Notes: a model not told the origin generated them from the sequence alone. A stretch of DNA of 64,000 bases from an uncultured Burkholderiales bacterium (GCA_964516875.1 CAZFAO010000005.1:3588-67587); one strand, 5' to 3'; positions 16,913-26,424 are shown, numbered from the stretch's first letter. Numbers and translations: made by a program.

Positions 16913-18724
16913 TTATGCATCTCGCATTTCAGCCATGGCGATTGCAGCATTGATATAAGCCAGATGTGAATACGCTTGTGGGATATTCCCCAATGCTTCA
17001 CCCGTTACAGGATCGACCTCTTCAGATAACAAACCAGTTGCCCCGATATTTTTTCTCACACCAGAAAACAGCTTCGATGCTTCATCGATCCGTCCGGAGC
17101 GCAGATAACATTCGACAAGCCAGAGTGTCATTATGTTAAATCCACCCTCTTCACCGGGTAGACCATCATCGATATGCCGATAGCGAAAAACCGTGCCGTT
17201 ATCGAGCAATGTTTCTTCGACGGCTTTCATTGTTCCCTGAAAACGGGGGTCGTCGAATTTTTCAAAACCATATAAACCAATCGCCAATACCGACGAGTCA
17301 ATATCATCTCCGTCGTAAGCCGACGTATAAGCATTGCGATGTGCTTTATAACATTGTGTATTGATTGCATCAGCAATTTCATCACGTAATTCTTCCCATT
17401 CTCGGGGAACTTCACCGGTGAAATATTCGGCAAGAAATATTGCTCGATCAACAGCAACCCAGCACATCAACTTCGAATACGTGTAGTGTCGCGGAGCGCT
17501 TCGAAACTCCCAAATACCAGCATCCTCTTCTTGCCATCGCAGTGCAACTGCCTTGACGAGATCGTTGACAAGATTCCAGTGTTTGGTCGCAAGAGGTTCT
17601 CCGCGTTTTGCGAGCTGACAGATCACGTCAACAACAGGACCAAAAACATCGAGCTGCACTTGTGAGTCAGCAGCATTGTTGATGCGCACAGGCTTAGAGC
17701 CTCGGTATCCTGAAAGTTCTTCAATCACACCATCAGGAGCTAAGTGACCACCCGTCACCTGCGCCAAAGGATTCAATCGTTCCGCACCGCCGCGAAGTTC
17801 TACCAGATTGAGAACCCAGTCGAGCAACGCCATCGATTCTGAATGGCTGCCTAAACGAATCAATGCCGATGCCGTGAGGGCGCTATCGCGCAACCAACAG
17901 TATCGATAATCCCAGTTGCGTACCCCGCCAATTGTTTCAGGAAGAGACATTGTTCCGGCAGCAAGAATTGCGCCGGTGGGTCGATAACACAAACCTTTCA
18001 GCAATACAGCACTTCGACGAACGTCTACTGTTGCAAACTTTGGGATCTTTAATTTGTCGACCCACTTTTGCCAGTGCGCTTGAGTTGCACTTCGTCGTTC
18101 GGGTTCAGGCATTGCGTCGGGAGCAACATTGGCTGTTCCACATCGGAGTTCGAGCTTGACGCTTCCGCCCATGGCATCAAGATCAACAGTTGCTGTTGCC
18201 GTGTGATGATTGCCATCTTCTGTAATAGTCCATGCAATTGATTTTGAACGCAGACAGACAAGGTCATTGCCTCCCTTGATGACAAGCCCTCCATCTTTTG
18301 GTTCGAGCTTGGTGATGGTACGCCCAAAGTTGAGACGCGGCGCAAAAGTAATATTGATCACGCCCGAGCCTTCGATGACGCGAACTAAATCACTGCGACC
18401 TGCTTGGTGTTTCGCGCGACCCCGCGATGCGTCAAGGTAATCGGTGATGTGAAAGCCAGGAAATTCAGATTGCAAAATGAGCGTGTCACCCAAATAACGT
18501 TGGCGAGGCAAATTGCCTTCAGCGTCTTCGATCGAAAAGATACCCGCTTTAGTTGGTTCGTTGTCGGTATCCATGAGGTGGGCGAAAATGGCAGCAGAAT
18601 CGACACGAGGAATACACATCCACGAAATGGAAGCATCAGGTTGAACAATAGCGATGGTGCGCTGATCGCTGAGCATAGAGCAATCATCAATGAGGGGATA
18701 ATTCGTATTAGCTGTGTTTGTCAT
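16913..18724 (-). CDS. Glycoside hydrolase family 15 (glucoamylase/trehalase-like)
   Basis: 603 aa. WDYRYCWLRDSALTA and the (alpha/alpha)6-type C-terminal catalytic domain pattern are typical of GH15. Confidence 0.85.
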   Translation of the reverse strand: MTNTANTNYPLIDDCSMLSDQRTIAIVQPDASISWMCIPRVDSAAIFAHLMDTDNEPTKAGIFSIEDAEGNLPRQRYLGDTLILQSEFPGFHITDYLDASRGRAKHQAGRSDLVRVIEGSGVINITFAPRLNFGRTITKLEPKDGGLVIKGGNDLVCLRSKSIAWTITEDGNHHTATATVDLDAMGGSVKLELRCGTANVAPDAMPEPERRSATQAHWQKWVDKLKIPKFATVDVRRSAVLLKGLCYRPTGAILAAGTMSLPETIGGVRNWDYRYCWLRDSALTASALIRLGSHSESMALLDWVLNLVELRGGAERLNPLAQVTGGHLAPDGVIEELSGYRGSKPVRINNAADSQVQLDVFGPVVDVICQLAKRGEPLATKHWNLVNDLVKAVALRWQEEDAGIWEFRSAPRHYTYSKLMCWVAVDRAIFLAEYFTGEVPREWEELRDEIADAINTQCYKAHRNAYTSAYDGDDIDSSVLAIGLYGFEKFDDPRFQGTMKAVEETLLDNGTVFRYRHIDDGLPGEEGGFNIMTLWLVECYLRSGRIDEASKLFSGVRKNIGATGLLSEEVDPVTGEALGNIPQAYSHLAYINAAIAMAEMRDA

Positions 18725-18739
18725 TAGCGGAAGAGTCTA

Positions 18740-19357
18740 TTACGAATCAGCTGTCCAGCCAGAATGCTCAACTCGCTCATTCCACAACGTCGGAGTCATC
18801 GAATAGCGCGCATGTGTTTCGCGCACACCGGCAACTTCAATATATTCAGGCGATTCTCCTTCATACACAAAACCCAGCTTTTCAACAACGCGAATACTTG
18901 CAACATTTCGTGGAACAATCGCTACTTCAATGCGACGGAAACCCAGTGCCGAAAATGCGTAGCTCACAACTAACGCAACTGCTTCAGGAACAAAACCTCG
19001 ACCAGCATATTGCTCATCTATCCAATATCCCAACAACACACTTTGGAAGGGTCCGCGCACAATTGTCCCCAGCGACACTTCCCCAATAAATGTTCCATCG
19101 TGAAGAAAAATTCCAAAACCATAGGACGTATCAAATTGACTTCCTCGCTCGAAAGCCAAGACGCGGTGGTGAAAATGTTCAAACGTACTTGTTGTATCCA
19201 TGGCAACACCATCGACAGTGGGTTCCCAAGGAGAGAGCCACTCGTGACAACGATCACGTACCTCTTTATATGATTGGTAATCGTCACGTTCAAGGGGTCG
19301 AAGAATGACGTGCGGACCTGTGAAATACACATCGGGAATGCTATTAGATAAAACCAC
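18740..19357 (-). CDS. GNAT N-acetyltransferase (RimJ/RimL-like)
   Basis: 205 aa. LGYWIDEQYAGRGFVPEA and the acetyl-CoA-binding RIEVAIVPRNVASIRVVEKLGF pattern are present. Confidence 0.8.
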   Translation of the reverse strand: MVLSNSIPDVYFTGPHVILRPLERDDYQSYKEVRDRCHEWLSPWEPTVDGVAMDTTSTFEHFHHRVLAFERGSQFDTSYGFGIFLHDGTFIGEVSLGTIVRGPFQSVLLGYWIDEQYAGRGFVPEAVALVVSYAFSALGFRRIEVAIVPRNVASIRVVEKLGFVYEGESPEYIEVAGVRETHARYSMTPTLWNERVEHSGWTADS

Positions 19358-19437
19358 GTTCTCAGTGTACGCAGTGTCTGGCGATCAGCGCCAATATCAT
19401 CGAGAAACACAATCACGCCATTGCGAACATCAGCTAG

Positions 19438-20109
19438 TTAACGCTGCAGTTCTCGATCCTGAATTTTGAGCCCGTCGAATGAACCACTAATAGAAACGAA
19501 TCCTACGCCTCCAACCGCACGTTCAAGACCGTTTCGAATTGAACCAGTAAAGATATCCAACACCTCAGCGTTACCATCGCGGCGTGATTCTAAGACAATC
19601 TCTTTCAACACATCTTCAAAAGCTTGAATAGATGAACCAATCTGTCCATAAGCTGCATCCTGAAGCTGATATGTCGCAAACACTTCTTCCTCGTCCGGGT
19701 CAAAAAGAGAAAAACCATTTTCAAATTTAGCCACTCCGGTTTTACAATCGCGTGCAAACTTCTCTGCTGCTTCTCGAGCATGCAATGTATCGGAATGCGA
19801 ATCAGCTAGATCTGACAAGAACGAATCAGCGATATTTTGATACGTTTTCGCTATCCAACATAAGTACTGTGCACAAAAATCTTCAGGATAATCTCCATCT
19901 ACGGATCGGTGCCCGTACGCCCTCAGCAGCAACGTTGGTGACTCTTGTTGAAACTGTTGACGAAGCACTTCTGTGAATGTAGCAACCCTGTCTGATGCAC
20001 CGCCTACTAAAAGTGCCGCAGCGATTTGTGATTCGCTGTCCTCCGATAGTGCATAGTGGGACAAGAAGTCCTTCTCTTGTTCAGTAAACGTTAATCCATT
20101 ATGTTTCAT
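19438..20109 (-). CDS. Hypothetical protein
   Basis: 223-aa ORF, 8 nt from the upstream gene in the same operon. No motif was recognised. Confidence 0.5.
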   Translation of the reverse strand: MKHNGLTFTEQEKDFLSHYALSEDSESQIAAALLVGGASDRVATFTEVLRQQFQQESPTLLLRAYGHRSVDGDYPEDFCAQYLCWIAKTYQNIADSFLSDLADSHSDTLHAREAAEKFARDCKTGVAKFENGFSLFDPDEEEVFATYQLQDAAYGQIGSSIQAFEDVLKEIVLESRRDGNAEVLDIFTGSIRNGLERAVGGVGFVSISGSFDGLKIQDRELQR

Positions 20110-20117
20110 TGCTCTTC

Positions 20118-21209
20118 CTAACGTGTGTGTTGTTGTGTGACTTCTTTTATATGTGACTGCATTGATTGCGTTGCAGGCATATCGAGAGAACCAAAAGAAT
20201 AACTGATTGTTCTCGATTCTCCGCCAGGAAGCACGATGACATTTCCTGCCGCTTTTTGTGCGAGGTAACCATCAACTCCTGCAGTTGAAGGAAGTGCAAT
20301 CCCGACGCATTGGTGGCGATCGGTCAACTGTATGCATCGAATTGTGTTTGGTGCTTCATCAGGTCTGTGCGACACATAATCAGATGTTCCATCTGGATGC
20401 ACTTGCAAAGTATGGGCGCGACCATTTTTATCAGCAAAATACTTCACGGTCATGACTGCTTCAGGATCATAGGCGCGATCAGGAACGACATCAGCAGTGC
20501 GCTCAGGATGCATAGCCAATTCCTTCATCGTTTGTTTCACTTCTTCAGATACAGAAACGTGTGATGGGAACGATGCACGAACGCGAATCGAGTCAGTATC
20601 CCAACCATGAGTACCAACAATCTTCGAACCAATCACCGGAGCAAAATTGATGTGAGCTAAGTACATAAAGTCCATGGGTGCTTTCGATTTGTTAGTCACA
20701 GTCATGGAAACATTGACGACAGTATCGTCTTGGGTCACGCGTATCGTTGGATGTGCAACATAATTAACCGTCATCGCAACTTGGTGCTTATATTCACCAT
20801 GAAGCTCCACAAAAGGTTTCCCATCATCATCTGTCCCCACCTCGAGCCACGCAAAATCATATGGCGCATTTGGTAGTTCACCATGCAAGGGATGAGTATC
20901 ATCAGGAGAGGGTCCCCCCATTGCTGTTGCGCCGCAATGCACAAGAAAGGCGCCGTAATTTCCTAGATAATCATTTGTTCGCCGTGGTTCTGTAACTTCC
21001 GATTTCATTGTGATATCGCGACCAGCAATGCGTGCATTCCAAATTTGTTGACCGTTAAAAGGGAGAAGCTCAAGCTGAACATCGGGACTTGCAATACGCA
21101 ACACGTCGTATCCTGTGTCTGTTTTTTGAACAGTAACTTTTATATCACCGTGACTAAGAAATTCTCGCTCCTTAGCGTCAAAAAAAGCGGGTCGGAGTTG
21201 AACGAGCAC
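20118..21209 (-). CDS. Aldose-1-epimerase-like (DUF4432-type) protein
   Basis: 363 aa. The HGELPNAPY and YLAHINFAP patterns resemble the galactose-mutarotase-like DUF4432 family. Confidence 0.6.
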   Translation of the reverse strand: MLVQLRPAFFDAKEREFLSHGDIKVTVQKTDTGYDVLRIASPDVQLELLPFNGQQIWNARIAGRDITMKSEVTEPRRTNDYLGNYGAFLVHCGATAMGGPSPDDTHPLHGELPNAPYDFAWLEVGTDDDGKPFVELHGEYKHQVAMTVNYVAHPTIRVTQDDTVVNVSMTVTNKSKAPMDFMYLAHINFAPVIGSKIVGTHGWDTDSIRVRASFPSHVSVSEEVKQTMKELAMHPERTADVVPDRAYDPEAVMTVKYFADKNGRAHTLQVHPDGTSDYVSHRPDEAPNTIRCIQLTDRHQCVGIALPSTAGVDGYLAQKAAGNVIVLPGGESRTISYSFGSLDMPATQSMQSHIKEVTQQHTR

Positions 21210-21222
21210 TGGTCAAACACTC

Positions 21223-22131
21223 TTAGAGTTGAGATGGAACATTGTGGCGCGTAGCTTCGATGCCGATAAATCCGATACGAGCACCACCGATAAGACCGCC
21301 CAAGTTTCCAAGTTCGACAGGGCGAACTTTGGTTCCTTTAGAAAAGGAAAGAACGGCTTGCTTATCTATTTCTCTTTGGGCCGCTTCAAAAAATGGCTTG
21401 CCCCAACCTAAAGCAACAGACCCACCTACAAGTGCGAGATTGAGGTCAAGAGTATTTGCTGCCGATGCAATTGCACGTCCCAAAAGGATTCCAGCATTCT
21501 CAATAGTTTCTGGCGTGGCTTGTTCTGGTGGAACACCCGTTTTTGCCAAAATGGAAGGTCCCGAAATTTCTGCTTCTAAACAACCGTATGCACCGCATGC
21601 ACACTGTCGACCATCGGGAACAACATTGGCATGACCAATATGGCCAGCATTATCACGTCGTCCGTTGAGGAGACGGCCATCAAGAACAATTCCGCCACCA
21701 ACGCCCGTCGAGACAACCATGGCAATGAAATTATTCTTACCTTTCGCTCCGCCGACCCAGGCTTCACCAAGAGCAAGGCCTTTACAATCGTTATCAACGA
21801 ATGCAGGAAGTTCAAACCCTTCTTCGAGTTGAGCACGCAAAGGAAAATCATTCCAGAGAATCTGCCCCTTGTCACCACGAATGTTAAGAGGCGAAACAAA
21901 TTCACCACGAGGTTCCATTGGGCCTGCAGTTGCACACCCCACAACAATCACTTTGTCGCGGACAGGAGCTGCAAGTTTTTCACCCAGTTCAATCACTGCA
22001 TGGATCAGGTCATAACCATCTGAAAAATGAGAATTGATAATTGCGTCCTCAGCAAGAACGGAACCATCATCACCAATTACGCCAACAGCAATTTTTGTGC
22101 CACCGACATCGACTCCAATTGAATACAACAT
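21223..22131 (-). CDS. ROK-family sugar kinase (glucokinase-like)
   Basis: IGVDVGGTKIAVG ATP-binding N-terminus, ROK signature region, and Zn motif CACGAYGCLE. Confidence 0.85.
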   Translation of the reverse strand: MLYSIGVDVGGTKIAVGVIGDDGSVLAEDAIINSHFSDGYDLIHAVIELGEKLAAPVRDKVIVVGCATAGPMEPRGEFVSPLNIRGDKGQILWNDFPLRAQLEEGFELPAFVDNDCKGLALGEAWVGGAKGKNNFIAMVVSTGVGGGIVLDGRLLNGRRDNAGHIGHANVVPDGRQCACGAYGCLEAEISGPSILAKTGVPPEQATPETIENAGILLGRAIASAANTLDLNLALVGGSVALGWGKPFFEAAQREIDKQAVLSFSKGTKVRPVELGNLGGLIGGARIGFIGIEATRHNVPSQL

Positions 22132-22241
22132 AATTGCCGATACCTTTCAGCAGAGACAGACCCTATTGTCCGTATTAAAAACGTCTGGAAAATCTAGCCG
22201 TTTCCCGTCATGATGCGCAATTTTGATTAGGCAAAAAGCAC

Positions 22242-23594
22242 TTATCGAATGATGGTTTCATGAGCCAGTTCATGCGCAGATGATACCTTCTGCGGTGGAA
22301 CATGTTTGGAAACCGGCACATTAAGTGCGCGCACTGCAGTCGTCAAAAACTGAGCAACTCCTGTTGGACCGGGAAGCAACATATGATCATGATCGTCAAT
22401 ATCGTCTGGAAGCGCTAATGCAGGATCAACGTCGTGCTCACCTGTCTCTAAGAAGACTCGCCGGGTTGAACAAGGACGAGCACCATTTCCGCGAGGAGCA
22501 TCATTTCCACGTCCATCCTCAATATCAATATCGTGTCCTTCTTCACGACTTTCGTCATGAGAACGATTTGGTTCAGCGAGAACAGGACCCCAGTGATACA
22601 CGACAGCATCACGCTTGTCATACACAGGTTGCGTCACGCCGAGATTAACGTATGCTGCGATTCGTCCCTCGTCATATAACTCACGCAACTTCGCAAAAGC
22701 ATCAGTATCTGGTTCTTCATCACCAACGAAAACGACAGTTTTTCGCGGAGATTGTTTTGAAACATCCGGGTCGTTTTCTTCACGTCCAAACAAGATAGCT
22801 TCAAGTGCGCCACTTTTCCCAGGGAAGAAAGGAACAACGTTGATATACCCGGTACCGACGTGAACTTCTAGTCCGTGCTCATGTGCAATTTCTGTTACGG
22901 AACGAATTGCTTGTTCAGTATCAAAAGAATCATCACACGCTTTCCACACAAGTGTTGTTACAAGCATTCGTTGACGAAGTTCTGAATCGTGCTCTGATCG
23001 TTGCATGAGAGAACCTTGATGTTCTAATTCAATGCCAGGAAAGCGATCATTGCCGAACTGGTTGAGAAGAATGTCATAAACATTTGCAACAGCATCAAGT
23101 TGTTGTTCTGTGACATCTGGATGGTAATGAACTCCGTGACCGTCGTTGAGATCATATTCAAGACCAAAAAGACCGGAATATTTGATGCCAGGATGGTCAA
23201 GAAGGGAACGAAGTCCGTTGACATCTTTTCCACTTACGAGGGAAACACCTGATCCGCTTTCAAGTGCTTTAGCAATTCCACGCATTATTCCTGGGTTAGG
23301 TGCAGTGGTCGAGTGAGGCATTCCTGCCGGTGCAAGAGTTCCATCGTAATCAAAACAATATTCAACAGCTTCTGCCAATAGTGCGTCTGAATCATGTTCG
23401 ATACCAGCTTGGTGCGCGGCTTCGCGCAACAAATCAATGACATTCTCCATTGCAGAGAAACCGTTGGTGGGATGATGAAAATGCTGACGGAGGGCGGATT
23501 CTGGCTCAGATGTTGTTACGTGCCCCAGTGAGGAGCCGGAAGAAAAATTTTCTCCCGTCGTCGCAACACCCTGCCGAAGCAGAGGTTGGTTCAC
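22242..23594 (-). CDS. HAD-IIB phosphatase, trehalose-phosphatase-like, with long acidic C-terminal extension
   Basis: HAD motif I is FDYDGTLAP and motif IV is FVGDEEPDTDAF, both OtsB-like. The N-terminal start is uncertain. Confidence 0.6.
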   Translation of the reverse strand: MNQPLLRQGVATTGENFSSGSSLGHVTTSEPESALRQHFHHPTNGFSAMENVIDLLREAAHQAGIEHDSDALLAEAVEYCFDYDGTLAPAGMPHSTTAPNPGIMRGIAKALESGSGVSLVSGKDVNGLRSLLDHPGIKYSGLFGLEYDLNDGHGVHYHPDVTEQQLDAVANVYDILLNQFGNDRFPGIELEHQGSLMQRSEHDSELRQRMLVTTLVWKACDDSFDTEQAIRSVTEIAHEHGLEVHVGTGYINVVPFFPGKSGALEAILFGREENDPDVSKQSPRKTVVFVGDEEPDTDAFAKLRELYDEGRIAAYVNLGVTQPVYDKRDAVVYHWGPVLAEPNRSHDESREEGHDIDIEDGRGNDAPRGNGARPCSTRRVFLETGEHDVDPALALPDDIDDHDHMLLPGPTGVAQFLTTAVRALNVPVSKHVPPQKVSSAHELAHETIIR

Positions 23595-23684
23595 TGTTTT
23601 TATCTCCTAGTTAAGTTGCCCCGTTTGAGACACTAAAATTTGATTCCGAAACTATACACAAAATTTATGCCTACTGCGCGCTTC

Positions 23685-23716
23685 AAATATGTATTTTCCT
23701 TCATAAATACATATTG
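23685..23716. promoter_or_regulatory. Candidate operator: 12-nt inverted repeat in divergent promoter region
   Basis: AAATATGTATTT (23685-23696), an 8-nt spacer, then AAATACATATTG (23705-23716); 11 of 12 positions are complementary. It lies between the phosphatase/ROK operon and orn. Confidence 0.35.
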
Positions 23717-23793
23717 ATTAAAAACCCTGGTCAGATTGATAAAAAAGCCGTCTCACTCGTTTACGAAATGGCCTAGCGAGTAAAGTTATCGCG

Positions 23794-24372
23794 ATGACAA
23801 CTGAATCTCCCTTCGTCTCGACGGCCCCTGTTCCCTCTCAGTATCTCGTATGGGCTGACTGCGAGATGACTGGCCTCGAAATCGCTACAGATACGCTTGT
23901 AGAAATCGCACTCGTTGTCACCGACTCTGATTTAAATGTTATCGATGAAGGAATCGATATCGTCATTCAAGAAAGCGCAGAGAAACTCGATTCGATGAAA
24001 GACATCGTTAAAAAGATGCATGAGAAATCTGGATTGACGAAAGAAATTCTTGCCAGCAATACATCTGTCAGCGAAGCCGAAGAACAATGTCTTGCCTACT
24101 TAAAAAAACTTGGAATCAAAGGCGGGTCTGCTCCACTCTGCGGTAATTCTATTGGGGTCGATCGACGCTTCCTCGATAAGTACATGCCGAAGTTGGATTT
24201 CTTTTTACACTATCGAAGTGTTGATGTTTCTTCTTTTAAAGAGCTCTGTCGTCGATGGTACCCTGACGTGTTTGACAAGCGCCCACAAAAACTTGGTGAG
24301 CATCGCGCACTCGGCGACATCATGGGATCAATCGAAGAGATGAAGTACTACCGCGACAACATGCTCAAGTAG
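23794..24372 (+). CDS. orn: Oligoribonuclease
   Basis: 192 aa. DEDDh exonuclease motifs WADCEMTGL, GNSIGVDRRFL and HRALGDI. Confidence 0.9.
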   Translation: MTTESPFVSTAPVPSQYLVWADCEMTGLEIATDTLVEIALVVTDSDLNVIDEGIDIVIQESAEKLDSMKDIVKKMHEKSGLTKEILASNTSVSEAEEQCLAYLKKLGIKGGSAPLCGNSIGVDRRFLDKYMPKLDFFLHYRSVDVSSFKELCRRWYPDVFDKRPQKLGEHRALGDIMGSIEEMKYYRDNMLK

Positions 24373-24388
24373 CTGAGTCGGCCCTCTT

Positions 24389-24481
24389 GAGATTCTTCGT
24401 CGCTGCGCTCCTCTGAATGACCGGTGTAGTTGTCATCCCGAGCGCGTTCCCTGTCATCCAGAGCGAAGCGAAGGATCTCCC
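24389..24481. repeat. Dispersed repeat array (locus B): inverted long unit, short unit, long unit
   Basis: 24389-24421 is the reverse complement of GTCATTCAGAGGAGCGCAGCGACGAAGAATCTC. 24432-24452 is GTCATCCCGAGCGCGTTCCCT. 24453-24481 is GTCATCCAGAGCGAAGCGAAGGATCTCCC. The array fills the convergent orn / 24484 intergenic space. Confidence 0.75.
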
Positions 24482-24483
24482 TC

Positions 24484-26424
24484 TTAAAACGAACGGCCTT
24501 GTTCTTGTTGCGTAGGTGGCTGACTAGCTGATGCTGGTGCATTCCTCGTTGGTTGAACTGGTGCAACATCAATCACGTCTGTCGAAGCAATCTCAGGTGA
24601 AGCATCACTTAACGCGCGTTCAATGAGATACGCAGTGTCGCTTTCCGGTTCAAGAACAACTCGCGTTTCAGTGAATCGAACACGTAGAAGCGTCTCGAGA
24701 ATTTCTTCTGCAGTCTCCTCGTGCTGATCCACAAGATCAAATGCAGCTTTCACAAAATATTTACGCAGCGATTGAAAAGTATTCGGTGGAACTAGTTTGT
24801 CGAGAGAGATAAACCATTCAATTTCATCTGGATTTTGTTCCGCAGATCGATGAGCAAGATTGGAGAGAAATCGAACTCCATCAAGTTCTGGAATGTCGTT
24901 CAGAAATCCTATCTTTGCACCAGATAAAGTCATCCCTTGTTGGACGAGAACAAAAGTTACTCCATCTGCAAATTGATGCGTTTCAAAATTTCTTGCCGCA
25001 ATATCTAGAGCAATCTGAGAAAGCTGTTGTTTGTTTCTTTCCACAATCGAAACGAGATCTTTTTTTGCCTGAGATCTCACACGTTTTCCTGCAAATGATT
25101 TATCATCACTATGCCGATTGAGACGCTCAAGCACATCAGCAATCTCACGAATAATCTCAGTATCGGCAATGCGCTGCTCATTAATTTTCTTCTCCGCAAG
25201 TGCTTCGCGAGAAGCAACAGCTGCTTCATGCGCAGTTACCGTTGCTCTATCATTAGCGATGATTGATTTTTGTTGAGCAATCTCGTCTCGAATCGCATCT
25301 GCTGCGCCAGTTAATTCGTCAAGTTCTGCTTGTGCCTCTTCAATAAGTTGAGAACGTTGCGCCAATGCAACATCTGCGTCATCAAGTTGGACTCTTGCAG
25401 CTAACACTTCTTTTTGTAATTCCGCAGACAACTTATCCAGTGGAATTGTGTCAAAATCAATGCGACCAAGTGCTTTTGATTTTCGAGCGAGAAACATGTC
25501 ATCAATAACAACAAAAATGCCGTGAACATCATCGGTTCTATTTACTGTTAAATCACTCATCTCATCCATCTCAAAATCCATTTGAGCGGCATTTGCTAAA
25601 AACGATGCCAGATAGTCCCGCGTTTGAGCATCAAATTGTGCATATTTTGGATATGCTCCTCTAGGCAATCGAAGGTCATGAAAGATTTGAGCCAGTTGCA
25701 GCTCTGAGATCTTTGCCATGCCAGGTTCCACTTGGAAGGAAAAATATCTATCACCAGTACGCGTATTCTGTCTTTTATGAACTGAACCACGATCCACATA
25801 ATCTGTAGAAAATGAAAGGAGATCTTCAGAAAATACGAGTTGATCAGGCGTAAAACGATAATGGGTGTGGAGAGGACTCCAATAAAAGTTGGCATCAACT
25901 TTATCGCAGATGTCTCTAAATTTGGGGTTAACCTCCATTGATTGTCCTACGGGTAGATAAAACCCATTAGGTTCCGCAATGAGAACATGTACTTTATAGG
26001 GATCTTCTTTAGCGCTAAAATGTAATTTGCGTCTCTGAGTTTCAATATAAGCATTATCTGAGTACGGCAACGTAACGGAAATAATGTCAACTACACCACG
26101 CGATTTCAATAATCGTAACTGTTCAATTTTTGCATCTCGTGTAGCTTGAGAAGTCACCTCAGCAGAATCAGCATCATGAAAACCTTGCGTATTTTGAAAT
26201 TCAAATCCCATTGCGGGAAAAAGTCTTTCTTCAAACGGTAAGTCTTTATTGGTCGCTGTAGTAGCAAAAAGTGGCTGATTTACTGGACCTCCATCAGTCC
26301 ATACAACTGATATTTCACCACGCTTAACGCGCCGTTCGAGCTCACGTTTAAAACCACGAAAGGGCTCGATGTCTGGCGCTTGGCCTTGGAGCAGGACAAC
26401 AACGCCTGAAAGTGGAGTACTCAT
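24484..26424 (-). CDS. Large hypothetical protein with central coiled coil
   Basis: Long ORF (662 aa from GTG 26472, or 646 aa from ATG 26424, which is preferred). It has a ~330-aa N-terminal globular region, a ~110-aa heptad-rich Ala/Glu/Gln segment, and a C-terminal domain with a Pro/Gln tail. No known motif was found. Confidence 0.6.
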   Translation of the reverse strand: MSTPLSGVVVLLQGQAPDIEPFRGFKRELERRVKRGEISVVWTDGGPVNQPLFATTATNKDLPFEERLFPAMGFEFQNTQGFHDADSAEVTSQATRDAKIEQLRLLKSRGVVDIISVTLPYSDNAYIETQRRKLHFSAKEDPYKVHVLIAEPNGFYLPVGQSMEVNPKFRDICDKVDANFYWSPLHTHYRFTPDQLVFSEDLLSFSTDYVDRGSVHKRQNTRTGDRYFSFQVEPGMAKISELQLAQIFHDLRLPRGAYPKYAQFDAQTRDYLASFLANAAQMDFEMDEMSDLTVNRTDDVHGIFVVIDDMFLARKSKALGRIDFDTIPLDKLSAELQKEVLAARVQLDDADVALAQRSQLIEEAQAELDELTGAADAIRDEIAQQKSIIANDRATVTAHEAAVASREALAEKKINEQRIADTEIIREIADVLERLNRHSDDKSFAGKRVRSQAKKDLVSIVERNKQQLSQIALDIAARNFETHQFADGVTFVLVQQGMTLSGAKIGFLNDIPELDGVRFLSNLAHRSAEQNPDEIEWFISLDKLVPPNTFQSLRKYFVKAAFDLVDQHEETAEEILETLLRVRFTETRVVLEPESDTAYLIERALSDASPEIASTDVIDVAPVQPTRNAPASASQPPTQQEQGRSF

